From Bacteroidales bacterium UBA1756 (GTDB lineage: Bacteria; Bacteroidota; Bacteroidia; Bacteroidales; WCHB1-69), in assembly GCA_002314795.1 (NCBI GenBank), contig DCHI01000078.1, positions 7,898 through 71,897 of the forward strand: a stretch of 64,000 nt of DNA. Direction: 5' to 3'. Under the pieces are notes generated by a model. That model was not told where the DNA came from and did not search any database. It saw only the letters and a program-made list of their open reading frames with translations. Positions 55,802-64,000 of this stretch are shown here, piece by piece. The position numbers and the translations under genes are program-made. Each line of letters opens with the position of its first letter. Position 1 is the first letter of the stretch.

Positions 55802-56590
55802 TTACAGACACAGCCGGCGTTCGACGGAGGGACGTTTGGACAATGAGAACAGACCTTCCGCGGGACAGTCAATCACATACAACCCGTTTCGGCAGGCGTA
55901 CTCTTTAACTCCGTGTTGAAAGTGCACACCCACAATGGCTGCATAAACTTTGTATTTATCAAATGGGTGAAATACTTTCTTGAAAATGCGCAACTGTTTA
56001 AGAAAGTGGTCGATGTCTTTTTTTGTACACTTGGATTTTACTTCAATGGCTACGGCTTCTGTTGTATTGCATAGGATGGCGTCCACTTCCATTTCATCGC
56101 CGTCGTCGTCTATGGCGTGTGTGATGCCCGTATAGCGCTGCGTGATGCCGATACCCTCTTTCATAAAAATGTCAATGGTAGCAGGTATGCACATCTCTTC
56201 CAAAAAACGCCCCCATTCATTATCTAAAATGGAAGTCCTTTTCATCAGTCTGTCCATTTGATCAGTAATTCTATCGATTGTCTTCCAAATATTGTCTTTC
56301 ATTTTCTGAAAGTCACTGTCAGATTTTCCAATCTGTTCAGAAGTTTCTTTGACTTTTCGGTCCGTCTCTTTCATTTGTCGGTCCGTCTCCTTTATTAGTC
56401 GGTCCGTCTCTTGCAGCTTCCGATCCGTTTCTTTCATTTGCTTGTCCGTCTCTTTTATTAGTCGGTCCGTCTCTTGCAGCTGCCGATCTGTTTCTTTCAT
56501 CTGCTCGGTGACGGAATCTAAAAATGCACCTAAATGTTCCCAATCTATGGGAGAATACTCTTTTTTTGGAATATTTTGTGATTGTTCCAT
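55802..56590 (-). CDS. Coiled-coil heptad-repeat protein with C-terminal PD-(D/E)XK nuclease-like domain (DUF3782-like)
   Basis: 262 aa with eight heptads [KQ]ETDR.. The C-terminus EMEVDAILCNTTEAVAIEVKSKCTKKDIDHFLKQL fits D...E.K. Confidence 0.65.
   Translation of the reverse strand: MEQSQNIPKKEYSPIDWEHLGAFLDSVTEQMKETDRQLQETDRLIKETDKQMKETDRKLQETDRLIKETDRQMKETDRKVKETSEQIGKSDSDFQKMKDNIWKTIDRITDQMDRLMKRTSILDNEWGRFLEEMCIPATIDIFMKEGIGITQRYTGITHAIDDDGDEMEVDAILCNTTEAVAIEVKSKCTKKDIDHFLKQLRIFKKVFHPFDKYKVYAAIVGVHFQHGVKEYACRNGLYVIDCPAEGLFSLSKRPSVERRLCL
56330..56497 (-). repeat. In-frame 21-bp tandem repeat (8 units) with a 63-bp higher-order duplication
   Basis: GGTCCGTCTC recurs at 56380, 56401 and 56464, and CGATC[CT]GTTTC recurs at 56421 and 56484. 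The array encodes KETDRQL QETDRLI KETDKQM KETDRKL QETDRLI KETDRQM KETDRKV KETSEQI. Confidence 0.85.
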
Positions 56591-56650
56591 AATTATTTAA
56601 ATGTTAATTTACTGATAACTAAACTATTTCTTTAATGTAAATAGCGTTGG

Positions 56651-56658
56651 CAAAGGTA
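56651..56658 (-). promoter_or_regulatory. -7 promoter box for the heptad-repeat nuclease-like gene
   Basis: The reverse strand reads TACCTTTG, 61 nt upstream of the ATG. Confidence 0.5.
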
Positions 56659-56788
56659 ATAAACTTTTATTAAAAAGTCAATTGATTAACAAGATTTTTT
56701 TAAATTATTTTTTACAATTAAAAAATGCAGCTTGTTGGTTACTACCAATAATGGAGAATATGACGAAGAAACCAATGAAAAAAAACTG

Positions 56789-56796
56789 TAAGTTTG
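56789..56796 (+). promoter_or_regulatory. -7 promoter box for queA
   Basis: TAAGTTTG lies upstream of the candidate starts at 56822, 56849 and 56861. Confidence 0.5.
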
Positions 56797-56860
56797 CACC
56801 CTCGTTTCCGGCAGGAGCAGAATGTTTGTCGGATACTACCGAAAACAAATGCAATTCTCT

Positions 56861-58078
56861 ATGAATCAGAAAGAAATCAGAATAGAAGACTACAACTACG
56901 AACTTCCAAATGAGCGCATTGCCTTTTTTCCAAAGGATATACGTGACACGTCCAAACTGTTAGTTTACAAGAAACTCGCCCGACAGATTACGGACAGCAC
57001 CTTCGACCATCTGACCGACTTTTTAGCACCCGACACAATGTTGGTTTTCAATGACTCGCGAGTCATCCACGCCCGGTTATTGGTGCAAAACCCAACTGGC
57101 GCCTCCATCGAAATATTTTGTTTGGAGCCCACTCTTCCTACTTCCGAACTGACGCAGGCCTTGGCACAAACCGGAAATGTCACCTGGAAATGCTTCGTCG
57201 GTAACGCCAAACGGTTCAAAAAACCGGTCTCTTTCAACGTTTCCTTTGGAGAAAAGGAAATCGAAGTGACGGCAGAAAAGGGAGAACAGGTTGAAAATGC
57301 TTTTTATGTCCATTTTTCGTGGAAGGAGCCGGTCACTTTTGCCGAGTGGGTGGAGGCCTACGGGAAAATGCCGCTCCCTCCGTACATCAAACGCACTGCC
57401 GAAAAGACGGACGAATTTCGTTACCAGACGGTATACGCGCATCACGACGGTTCCGTCGCCGCCCCGACTGCCGGTCTGCACTTTTCAGAATCTTTAATGC
57501 AGAAAATCAAAGATTTGGACATTCCACACGAATACGTCACACTCCACGTCGGGGCGGGAACGTTCAAACCCGTCACCGCCGACTGCATCGGAGAACATTT
57601 TATGCACGACGAACAGATTGTCATTCACCGAAATCTCATTGAAAATCTCATTAAAAATATTGATAAAAAAATCATCGCCGTCGGGACGACCGTCACCCGG
57701 AGTTTGGAATCCATCTTCATCATCGGGGCTAAACTGAGACTCGGAATTTCCAACCCGTTGCACGTAGAACAGTGGGAATACTACGAAAACGAAGCCATTC
57801 GAAGCACGTCCGTAATGGACTCTCTGCAAGCTGTTCTCGATTTCTTAGAAAAAAATGAGATGGAATACGTCACCGGTTCCACGCAACTGATGATTGTTCC
57901 TTCTTACGAATTTAAAATGATGAAAGGCATCGTCACGAATTTTCACCAACCCAAAAGCACGTTACTTCTTCTGATTTCCGCCTATTTGGGAGACGAGTGG
58001 CATACGATTTACGACCACGCACTCAACAGCGAATACCGCTTTTTGAGTTACGGTGACGCCAACCTTTATCTGCCTTAA
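56861..58078 (+). CDS. queA: S-adenosylmethionine:tRNA ribosyltransferase-isomerase
   Basis: YNYELPNERIAFFP, SKLLVY, GAGTFKPV, VGTTVTRSLES, FHQPKSTLLLLISA. The start is uncertain because in-frame ATGs also occur at 56822 and 56849. Confidence 0.9.
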   Translation: MNQKEIRIEDYNYELPNERIAFFPKDIRDTSKLLVYKKLARQITDSTFDHLTDFLAPDTMLVFNDSRVIHARLLVQNPTGASIEIFCLEPTLPTSELTQALAQTGNVTWKCFVGNAKRFKKPVSFNVSFGEKEIEVTAEKGEQVENAFYVHFSWKEPVTFAEWVEAYGKMPLPPYIKRTAEKTDEFRYQTVYAHHDGSVAAPTAGLHFSESLMQKIKDLDIPHEYVTLHVGAGTFKPVTADCIGEHFMHDEQIVIHRNLIENLIKNIDKKIIAVGTTVTRSLESIFIIGAKLRLGISNPLHVEQWEYYENEAIRSTSVMDSLQAVLDFLEKNEMEYVTGSTQLMIVPSYEFKMMKGIVTNFHQPKSTLLLLISAYLGDEWHTIYDHALNSEYRFLSYGDANLYLP

Positions 58079-58137
58079 TTCTCTTTGAATGAAAAACTTT
58101 TAAGAAAGACTTCAATAGAGAGGCAACATTAAAAAAA

Positions 58138-58145
58138 TAGATTTG
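58138..58145 (+). promoter_or_regulatory. -7 promoter box for the ECF sigma operon
   Basis: TAGATTTG lies 27 nt upstream of the ATG at 58172. Confidence 0.45.
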
Positions 58146-58171
58146 TATCATACCCCGTCAAGCGTTTGGAA

Positions 58172-58765
58172 ATGATAAGTGACAGTGAGTTAATACGCAA
58201 GTGCAAGCAAGGAGATTCGAAGAGTCAGTCGCTGTTGTACGAAAAATACGCTCCAATGCTAATGGGGATTTGTATGCGATACGCCCACGACGAAGAGGAT
58301 GCCTGCGACATTTTGCACGACGCTTTCGTCAAGATTTTCACCAACATCAGCAAGGTGGATGAAAATGGCTCCTACGAGGCCTGGATGAAAACCATCACTG
58401 TCAACACGGCCATCAATGCCTACCACTACAAGAACAAAACCAAGGGGGCAGTTGCGGTCGATGAGGTGCAGGAACGCGTGGAAGACTTGAGAATCAAGCA
58501 AAACGATTTCTTATCACAAGAAATACTGCTGCGGTTCATCAACGAACTTCCCGATGGCTACCGAACCGTTTTCAACCTGTTTGAAATTGATGGATATTCT
58601 CATTTGGAAATATCCAAAATGATTGGCAGTTCGTACAGCACCGTACGATCGCAACTTTTCAAGGCCAAACGCGCCCTGAAGAAAAAGATCGAGGAATACC
58701 TCGGAACCGAACTTAAACAAAGAGGTTACGGAGAAAACAAGGAAACGGAAGAAGACAATGAATAA
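58172..58765 (+). CDS. ECF-type sigma-70 family RNA polymerase sigma factor
   Basis: The region 2 sequence is YAPMLMGICMRYAHDEEDACDILHDAFVKIF. The region 4 HTH is YRTVFNLFEIDGYSHLEISKMIGSSYSTVRSQLFKAKRAL. Confidence 0.85.
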   Translation: MISDSELIRKCKQGDSKSQSLLYEKYAPMLMGICMRYAHDEEDACDILHDAFVKIFTNISKVDENGSYEAWMKTITVNTAINAYHYKNKTKGAVAVDEVQERVEDLRIKQNDFLSQEILLRFINELPDGYRTVFNLFEIDGYSHLEISKMIGSSYSTVRSQLFKAKRALKKKIEEYLGTELKQRGYGENKETEEDNE

Positions 58766-59846
58766 AGAAAAAGAAATCGGGGAAATTTTCAAGGAAGGGC
58801 TTGATGGCTATCGAAAGGAGCCGCCGGCAAACCTTTGGAATGACATTCAGAACGACCCCACACTGTTGAAATACAACCGCCGCCGCAAGATGGCACGAAC
58901 TGCTAAATGGGCGGTTGTCGCTACCGTTGCTGCAGTCGCGATTGCCGTTGTTGCACTCCTTCCTTCCATTCCCAAAGAACAAGAGAAAACCACTCCCCTC
59001 CCCGTACAAAATCCTTCTTCCACCATCGTTGCATCTGAAAACGAGAACGTTTCCAACACAGTACCCGCACAGATTTCCACTCCGGAACAACCATCTGAAA
59101 CAACAGACCGCGTCGCTCATTCCAACCAGCCATCTCCCGTCACTTTCAAGCAAGAACCCCGCATCAACCATCAGGAGATGAATACTGCGGCAGCTGTCGA
59201 ATCCATCCAAGAAACCAAGATAGAAAGTCCATCGCTCGCACAAAGTCTCCACGCTGTCACTCATCCGGAAACGGCACCTATGACTTCCGAGACCAAGCCG
59301 TCTAAACCGAGTACGCCCATTGTTTCAGCACCTGTCTTCCAGCTCAAAACCAGAGAGGGGAAACCGATCGAATTCAGTCACGACACTTCCGTCTGCAGGG
59401 GCAGCAGACTCACTTTGTTTGTAAAAAATGCGATGGACGTACGCTGGAACATCGGATTGACAGGAGAATCCATCACCGTATTTCCAGATGCTCCTATGTT
59501 TGTGGAAGCCACTGTCACAACGTTCGACAAAGTTGACACCACTATTTATATACACGTTGGTATTTTTGAGTGCGGACTTTGGATTCCGACGGCATTCACA
59601 CCGAACGGCGACGGGCTGAACGACGAGTTCATCATTCACGCGCCGGCGGACATCACGAATTACGAATGCACCATTTTCGACCGTGGTCGCGGAATGCTTT
59701 TCCGGACGAACAACATCAAACAGGGGTGGGACGGAAATTTCAACGGAAATCCACTTCCGTTCGGAGCCTACTTCTACATCATCACCTATCGTGATGCATT
59801 GGGCGAAAAGCACGTTGAGAAGGGACAAATCACCCTTGTTCGCTAA
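58758..59846 (+). CDS. Anti-sigma-like single-pass membrane protein ending in a T9SS type-B (gliding-motility-associated, CHU_C-type) C-terminal domain
   Basis: It overlaps the sigma gene by 8 nt (ATGAATAA). The N-terminus has ...EPPANLWNDIQND..., a basic patch and a TM helix AKWAVVATVAAVAIAVVALL. A Pro/Ser/Thr-rich linker follows. The C-terminus is IPTAFTPNGDGLNDEFIIH...GWDGNFNGNPLPFGAYFYIITYRD...GQITLVR. Confidence 0.75.
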   Translation: MNKEKEIGEIFKEGLDGYRKEPPANLWNDIQNDPTLLKYNRRRKMARTAKWAVVATVAAVAIAVVALLPSIPKEQEKTTPLPVQNPSSTIVASENENVSNTVPAQISTPEQPSETTDRVAHSNQPSPVTFKQEPRINHQEMNTAAAVESIQETKIESPSLAQSLHAVTHPETAPMTSETKPSKPSTPIVSAPVFQLKTREGKPIEFSHDTSVCRGSRLTLFVKNAMDVRWNIGLTGESITVFPDAPMFVEATVTTFDKVDTTIYIHVGIFECGLWIPTAFTPNGDGLNDEFIIHAPADITNYECTIFDRGRGMLFRTNNIKQGWDGNFNGNPLPFGAYFYIITYRDALGEKHVEKGQITLVR

Positions 59847-60022
59847 TCGTTTTATACCAAAAAAAGAAAAGAAGATTCCAAAAATCAAGCTCATAGAGAC
59901 GCAAATCTTTTAAAAGAAATGATAATAATTCCAATAAAACAGATATAAAACATTGAAAATAAGAAGATTGCAGAAAATCCATTTTTTTATTTACAAAAGT
60001 GTTCAAGCAATAAAAAAAAATG

Positions 60023-60030
60023 TACTTTTG
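60023..60030 (+). promoter_or_regulatory. -7 promoter box for tRNA-Gln
   Basis: TACTTTTG lies 14 nt upstream of tRNA position 1. Confidence 0.6.
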
Positions 60031-60043
60031 CGGTCTCAATCGC

Positions 60044-60114
60044 TGTCCAATGGTGTAACGGTAGCACTACAGTTTTTGGTACTGTCTGTCTTGGTTCGAA
60101 TCCAGGTTGGACAA
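60044..60114 (+). tRNA. tRNA-Gln (anticodon TTG)
   Basis: Manual fold: the acceptor is TGTCCAA/TTGGACA with a U1-A72 pair. The D arm is GTG-TAACGGTAG-CAC. The anticodon arm is ACAGT-TTTTGGT-ACTGT (anticodon TTG). The T arm is CTTGG-TTCGAAT-CCAGG and the discriminator is A. No CCA is encoded. Confidence 0.9.
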
Positions 60115-60121
60115 CAAAAGG

Positions 60122-60151
60122 AACTCTCACTACTTTTAGTGGGAGTTTTTT
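60122..60151 (+). terminator. Intrinsic terminator 1 after tRNA-Gln
   Basis: AACTCTCACTA-CTTT-TAGTGGGAGTT (one G-U pair) is followed by TTTTT. Confidence 0.8.
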
Positions 60152-60165
60152 GTAGAGAAGATTTG

Positions 60166-60192
60166 AAGGGGAGACACTGTTTCCCTTTTTTT
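60166..60192 (+). terminator. Intrinsic terminator 2 in the nusA leader
   Basis: AAGGGGA-GACACTGT-TTCCCTT is followed by a T-run (7 consecutive T at 60186-60192). Confidence 0.6.
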
Positions 60193-60248
60193 ATTGAAAA
60201 AAAATAATAGAAAAAGAAATATAACAAATTAAAAATCAAAAAGATAAA

Positions 60249-61493
60249 ATGGAAGAACGTTTAAATTTGATTGAGACCTTTGCAGAATTCAAGGATTTCA
60301 AAAACATCGAAAGAGAAACCCTGATGCGTATTTTGGAAGACATTTTCCGCTCAGTCTTGACAAAAAAGTATGGTCCGGAAGCCAATTTTGACATCATTGT
60401 CAACGTTGACCGCGGAGATTTGGAAATACAACGCTACCGTGAGATTGTAGAAGATGGTGAAGTTGAAAACGAATTTACGCAAATCGAACTTTCAGAAGCC
60501 ATTAAAATCGAGCCCGACTTTGAAGTAGGCGAAGAGGTGATGGAAAACGTGAAACTCAGTGATTTCGCCCGCCGCGAAATCCTCGCCCTCCGTCAAAACC
60601 TTATTTCAAAGATTATGGAATACGAAAAGGATCTCATCTACAAGAAATATGAGAACCGCGTCGGTGATCTGATTACGGGTGAAGTCACACAAGTTTGGCG
60701 CAAGGAAATCCTCATCGCCGACGAAGAAGGCGTTGAACTCGTCCTTCCCAAAAACGAACAGATTCCGTCAGACCACTACAAGAAAGGTGACACCTTGACG
60801 GCCGTCGTGCTTCGTGTAGAAACCATCTCCACGACTCCGCGCATCACCATTTCCCGTACCGCTCCCGTCTTTTTGGAAAGACTGCTCGAGAACGAGATTC
60901 CAGAAATCGACGACGGGCTCATCACCATCAAGAATGTGGTCCGAAGCCCTGGTGAAAGAGCCAAGGTTTTGGTTGAATCCTACGATGACCGTATTGATCC
61001 CGTCGGCGCTTGCGTCGGTTTGAAAGGTAGCCGTATTCACAGCATCATTCGTGAACTTCGCAATGAAAACATTGATATTATTCCTTTCACTCCAAACATC
61101 AAACTTTTGATCACCAGAGCATTGAGCCCTGCAAAAATCACCTCGATTGATATTGACGACGAAACCAAGAACGCCAATGTCTATATGAAACCGGATCAAG
61201 TTTCATTGGCAATCGGTAAGGGTGGATACAATATCAAACTCGCCAGCAAACTCACCGGCTACGAAATCGACGTATTCAGAGATGACGTTGTGGAAGAAGA
61301 CGATGTTGATTTGAAAGAATTCAACGATATTTTCGACCAATGGGTTATTGATACTTTCAAACAAATCGGTTGCGATACAGCAAAGAGCGTATTGAAACAC
61401 ACACGCGAAGAACTCATTCAGCGTACCGACTTGGAAGAAGAGACCGTTGACGCGATGATTGCCGCCGTCAAGGAGGAATTAGAAGTGGAATAA
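60249..61493 (+). CDS. nusA: Transcription termination/antitermination factor NusA
   Basis: 414 aa with an N-terminal domain, an S1 region (GDLITGEVTQVWRKEILI) and KH domains (VGACVGLKGSRIHSIIREL, AIGKGGYNIKLASKLTG). Confidence 0.95.
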   Translation: MEERLNLIETFAEFKDFKNIERETLMRILEDIFRSVLTKKYGPEANFDIIVNVDRGDLEIQRYREIVEDGEVENEFTQIELSEAIKIEPDFEVGEEVMENVKLSDFARREILALRQNLISKIMEYEKDLIYKKYENRVGDLITGEVTQVWRKEILIADEEGVELVLPKNEQIPSDHYKKGDTLTAVVLRVETISTTPRITISRTAPVFLERLLENEIPEIDDGLITIKNVVRSPGERAKVLVESYDDRIDPVGACVGLKGSRIHSIIRELRNENIDIIPFTPNIKLLITRALSPAKITSIDIDDETKNANVYMKPDQVSLAIGKGGYNIKLASKLTGYEIDVFRDDVVEEDDVDLKEFNDIFDQWVIDTFKQIGCDTAKSVLKHTREELIQRTDLEEETVDAMIAAVKEELEVE

Positions 61494-61556
61494 TCCTCTC
61501 ATCCAACTCCAAATTCTCGTAAAATCAATCAATTAGAAATAAAATAAAATCAATAT

Positions 61557-64000
61557 ATGGGTGAAGAAAGAAAAATACCAAGATTAGGAGCCGCAGCTAA
61601 AGAATTCAATGTGGGGACAAGTACGATTGTTGAAATTCTGAAGAAAAACGGAATGGAGATCGAAGACAACCGCAATGCGAAGCTGACCGGCGATATGTAC
61701 GATATTTTACAGAAAAAGTTGAGCGGCGAGAAAAAAGTGAAGGAGGAATCTCAAAAAATCGATATGGACTTCTCCCACAACAAAGCCGGAGCCAAGGAGT
61801 CGGAAGCAAAATCAGTAGAGACAACGGAAGAAGAACCGTCTGAAACCATCCTCGTCAAAGGAAATACCATCGAAAAAGAGACGATTAAGATTGAAGTCAG
61901 TCGCCCCAAAATCATTGGGAAAATCAACTTGGATGCAGCGAAAGAAGCCAAAGAAGAACCCGAAGAAGCTCCTGAGAAGGTTAAAGAAGAAGTTGTTGTA
62001 GAAGCTAAAGAAGAGGTGCAGGAAGAACCCGCTCCCAAGGAAGAACCCGCCGCTGAAGTGGAGGAAACGCCCGTCGTGGAAGAACCTGCCAAGCCGGAAA
62101 TCAAAGAAGAGAAGCCCGCAAAACCACAACCGGAAAAGGTGGAAGTGAAAGTGGAAAAACCGGCAGGCCTCAAGGTTGTTGGCAAGGTTGACTTGAATGC
62201 TCCTGTCAAGAAAGCAGAAAAGCCGAGCGCAAAGGAACCGGTCAAAGAAGAAAAACCTGAAGAACAGGAACCATCCGAAACGCAACACGAAGTTGCAAGC
62301 AAACCGCAACCGGAAAAGGTGGAAACCGTGGTCGAAAAGCTGAAAGCACCTACCATCGTGGGTAAAATTGACCTGGATGCCATCAAAGATACGAGCAAGA
62401 AGAGCAATGCTGCGGACGCTGCCGCCAAGAAGAAAAAAAGAAAGAGAATTAAACAGGCCGCTAACGTCAAACCTGAAAAGCCAAACGAACAGCCCAAAGC
62501 CAAAAAAGCGGAGCCGAAGATTGAGATTTCACAAGAGGATGTCCAGAACGAAATCCGCAAAACGATGGAGCGCCTTGCTCCGAAGGGCAAGTCAAAGGCC
62601 GCACAACGTCGCCGCGACAAACGCAAGGAACGTCAGGAAGAGAACCTCATCCACGAGCAGGAGGAACTCGAACAGCAGAAAGTATTGAAAGTCACGGAAT
62701 TCATCACCGCTAATGAGCTTTCTTCTTTGATGAATGTTCCTGTGGCAAAAATCATCTCCACCTGTATGAGTGCCGACATCTTCGTTTCCATCAACCAACG
62801 ATTGGATGCTGAAATCATCACTTTGTTGGCCGAAGAATTCGGCTACGAAGTCAAGTTTGTAGGCGTAGATGACGACGAAGAGCACAAAGAGGAACTCACT
62901 TCCGACGCTCCCGAAGACTTGGAACCTCGTCACCCCATCATTACCGTTATGGGTCACGTTGACCACGGTAAAACTTCCTTGCTTGACTACATCCGTAAAT
63001 CCAACGTCATTGCCGGTGAAGCGGGTGGAATCACGCAGCACATTGGTGCTTACGAAGTTACTTTAAGTGACGGAAGAAAGATTACGTTCTTGGATACGCC
63101 TGGTCACGAAGCATTTACCGCTATGCGTGCCCGTGGTGCCAAAATCACTGACGTTTGTATCATCGTCATCGCCGCTGATGACTCGATTATGCCTCAAACG
63201 GTGGAAGCTATCAACCACGCACAGGCAGCCGGCGTTCCTATGGTTTTCGCCATCACCAAAATAGACAAACCACAAGCCAATCCCGACAAAATCAAGGAAG
63301 GACTTGCTGCAATGAATATTCTTGTAGAAGACTGGGGCGGAAAATACCAGTGCCAAGAAATTGACGCGAAACACGGTACCAATGTGAACGAACTTTTGGA
63401 AAAGGTTCTTTTGGAAGCCGAATTGTTAGAGCTCAAAGCCAATCCGAACCGTTTGGGTATCGGAACCGTCATTGAATCTTCTTTGGACAAAGGAAAAGGA
63501 TATGTTGCTAAAGTGTTGGTTCAAAACGGAACCCTTAGTATGGGAGACCCGATTTTGGCAGGACCGTGCTTCGGTAAAGTCAAAGCACTCTACAATGAAC
63601 GTAATCAGAAAGTTAAATCGGCGGGGCCTGCCTCACCGGTACTTTTGTTGGGATTGGACGGAGCGCCGCAAGCGGGTGACATCTTCAAAGTTTGCGAAAC
63701 CGAACAGGAAGCCCGCCGCGTAGCGACCAACCGTGCTCGCCTCATCCGCGAACAGGGTCTGAGAACGCAAAAGCACATCACTTTGGAAGAAATCGGCCGT
63801 CGTATTGCTATCGGTGACTTTAAGGAACTAAATGTCATTGTAAAAGGTGACGTGGACGGCTCCGTTGAAGCGCTCGCTGACTCCTTGATGAAACTCTCCA
63901 CCGAACAAATCCAAGTCAACGTCATTCACAAGTCAGTGGGTCAAGTAACTGAAAGCGACGTAATGTTGGCCTCCGCTTCCGATGCAGTCATCGTGGCTTT
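61557..64000 (+). CDS. infB: Translation initiation factor IF-2 (C-terminus outside window)
   Basis: Own translation from the ATG at 61557 gives [32 protein letters not shown]... A Lys/Glu/Pro-rich region carries three [IV][IV]GK[IV][DN]L[DN]A repeats. The G domain is [48 protein letters not shown]. The frame stays open to the window end, so it is not in the ORF track. Confidence 0.95.
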   Translation, partial: MGEERKIPRLGAAAKEFNVGTSTIVEILKKNGMEIEDNRNAKLTGDMYDILQKKLSGEKKVKEESQKIDMDFSHNKAGAKESEAKSVETTEEEPSETILVKGNTIEKETIKIEVSRPKIIGKINLDAAKEAKEEPEEAPEKVKEEVVVEAKEEVQEEPAPKEEPAAEVEETPVVEEPAKPEIKEEKPAKPQPEKVEVKVEKPAGLKVVGKVDLNAPVKKAEKPSAKEPVKEEKPEEQEPSETQHEVASKPQPEKVETVVEKLKAPTIVGKIDLDAIKDTSKKSNAADAAAKKKKRKRIKQAANVKPEKPNEQPKAKKAEPKIEISQEDVQNEIRKTMERLAPKGKSKAAQRRRDKRKERQEENLIHEQEELEQQKVLKVTEFITANELSSLMNVPVAKIISTCMSADIFVSINQRLDAEIITLLAEEFGYEVKFVGVDDDEEHKEELTSDAPEDLEPRHPIITVMGHVDHGKTSLLDYIRKSNVIAGEAGGITQHIGAYEVTLSDGRKITFLDTPGHEAFTAMRARGAKITDVCIIVIAADDSIMPQTVEAINHAQAAGVPMVFAITKIDKPQANPDKIKEGLAAMNILVEDWGGKYQCQEIDAKHGTNVNELLEKVLLEAELLELKANPNRLGIGTVIESSLDKGKGYVAKVLVQNGTLSMGDPILAGPCFGKVKALYNERNQKVKSAGPASPVLLLGLDGAPQAGDIFKVCETEQEARRVATNRARLIREQGLRTQKHITLEEIGRRIAIGDFKELNVIVKGDVDGSVEALADSLMKLSTEQIQVNVIHKSVGQVTESDVMLASASDAVIVA

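Noticed and set aside
59847-60248. Possible integrated mobile element next to tRNA-Gln.
   Set aside because: I see no integrase, transposase, direct repeat of the tRNA 3' end or atypical gene block on either side. The flanks are a sigma/anti-sigma pair and nusA.
61751-62626. 291-aa and 165-aa minus-strand ORFs with Ser/Phe/Leu-rich low complexity.
   Set aside because: They are antisense to the Lys/Glu/Pro-rich N-terminal region of infB. The infB frame is continuous from 61557 into the GTPase domain.

Overview
The window looks like a chromosomal segment of a Bacteroidota (Bacteroidales-like) genome. The evidence is a TAnnTTTG -7 promoter box in front of most transcription units, almost no Shine-Dalgarno sequences, five genes with T9SS C-terminal sorting domains, and an LTD-OadG type methylmalonyl-CoA decarboxylase cluster. 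I can support about 46 protein genes, one tRNA-Gln(TTG), one cobalamin riboswitch, several intrinsic terminators and a few short repeat arrays. Two of the protein genes run off the window edges and are absent from the ORF track: an ABC ATPase at 1..537 and infB at 61557..64000. Most of the content is housekeeping: mmdA/mmdC, lpxD-lpxC, miaB, cdsA, ftsH-rsfS, ftsQAZ, rpsF-rpsR-rplI, ychF-rpoN-tcdA, sufE, an ABC-F ATPase, mutS2, queA and nusA-infB. I saw no transposase, integrase, CRISPR array or recognisable defence island. The observations most worth follow-up are listed here.
1. A cobalamin-riboswitch-controlled operon (47128..51994) combines a BtuB-like TonB-dependent receptor and a beta-propeller lipoprotein with a T9SS-sorted protein.
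2. An ECF sigma factor is translationally coupled to an anti-sigma-like membrane protein that ends in a T9SS type-B C-terminal domain (58172..59846).
3. A 3148-aa T9SS adhesin-like protein is followed by a compact four-gene operon of unusual composition (10188..13377).
4. A 9-bp-period repeat (AARGTTNRT) occurs at two unlinked intergenic sites.
5. A tRNA-Gln plus two tandem terminators forms the leader of nusA-infB, and rimP is absent.
All family assignments come from motif recognition by eye. No database search was possible.
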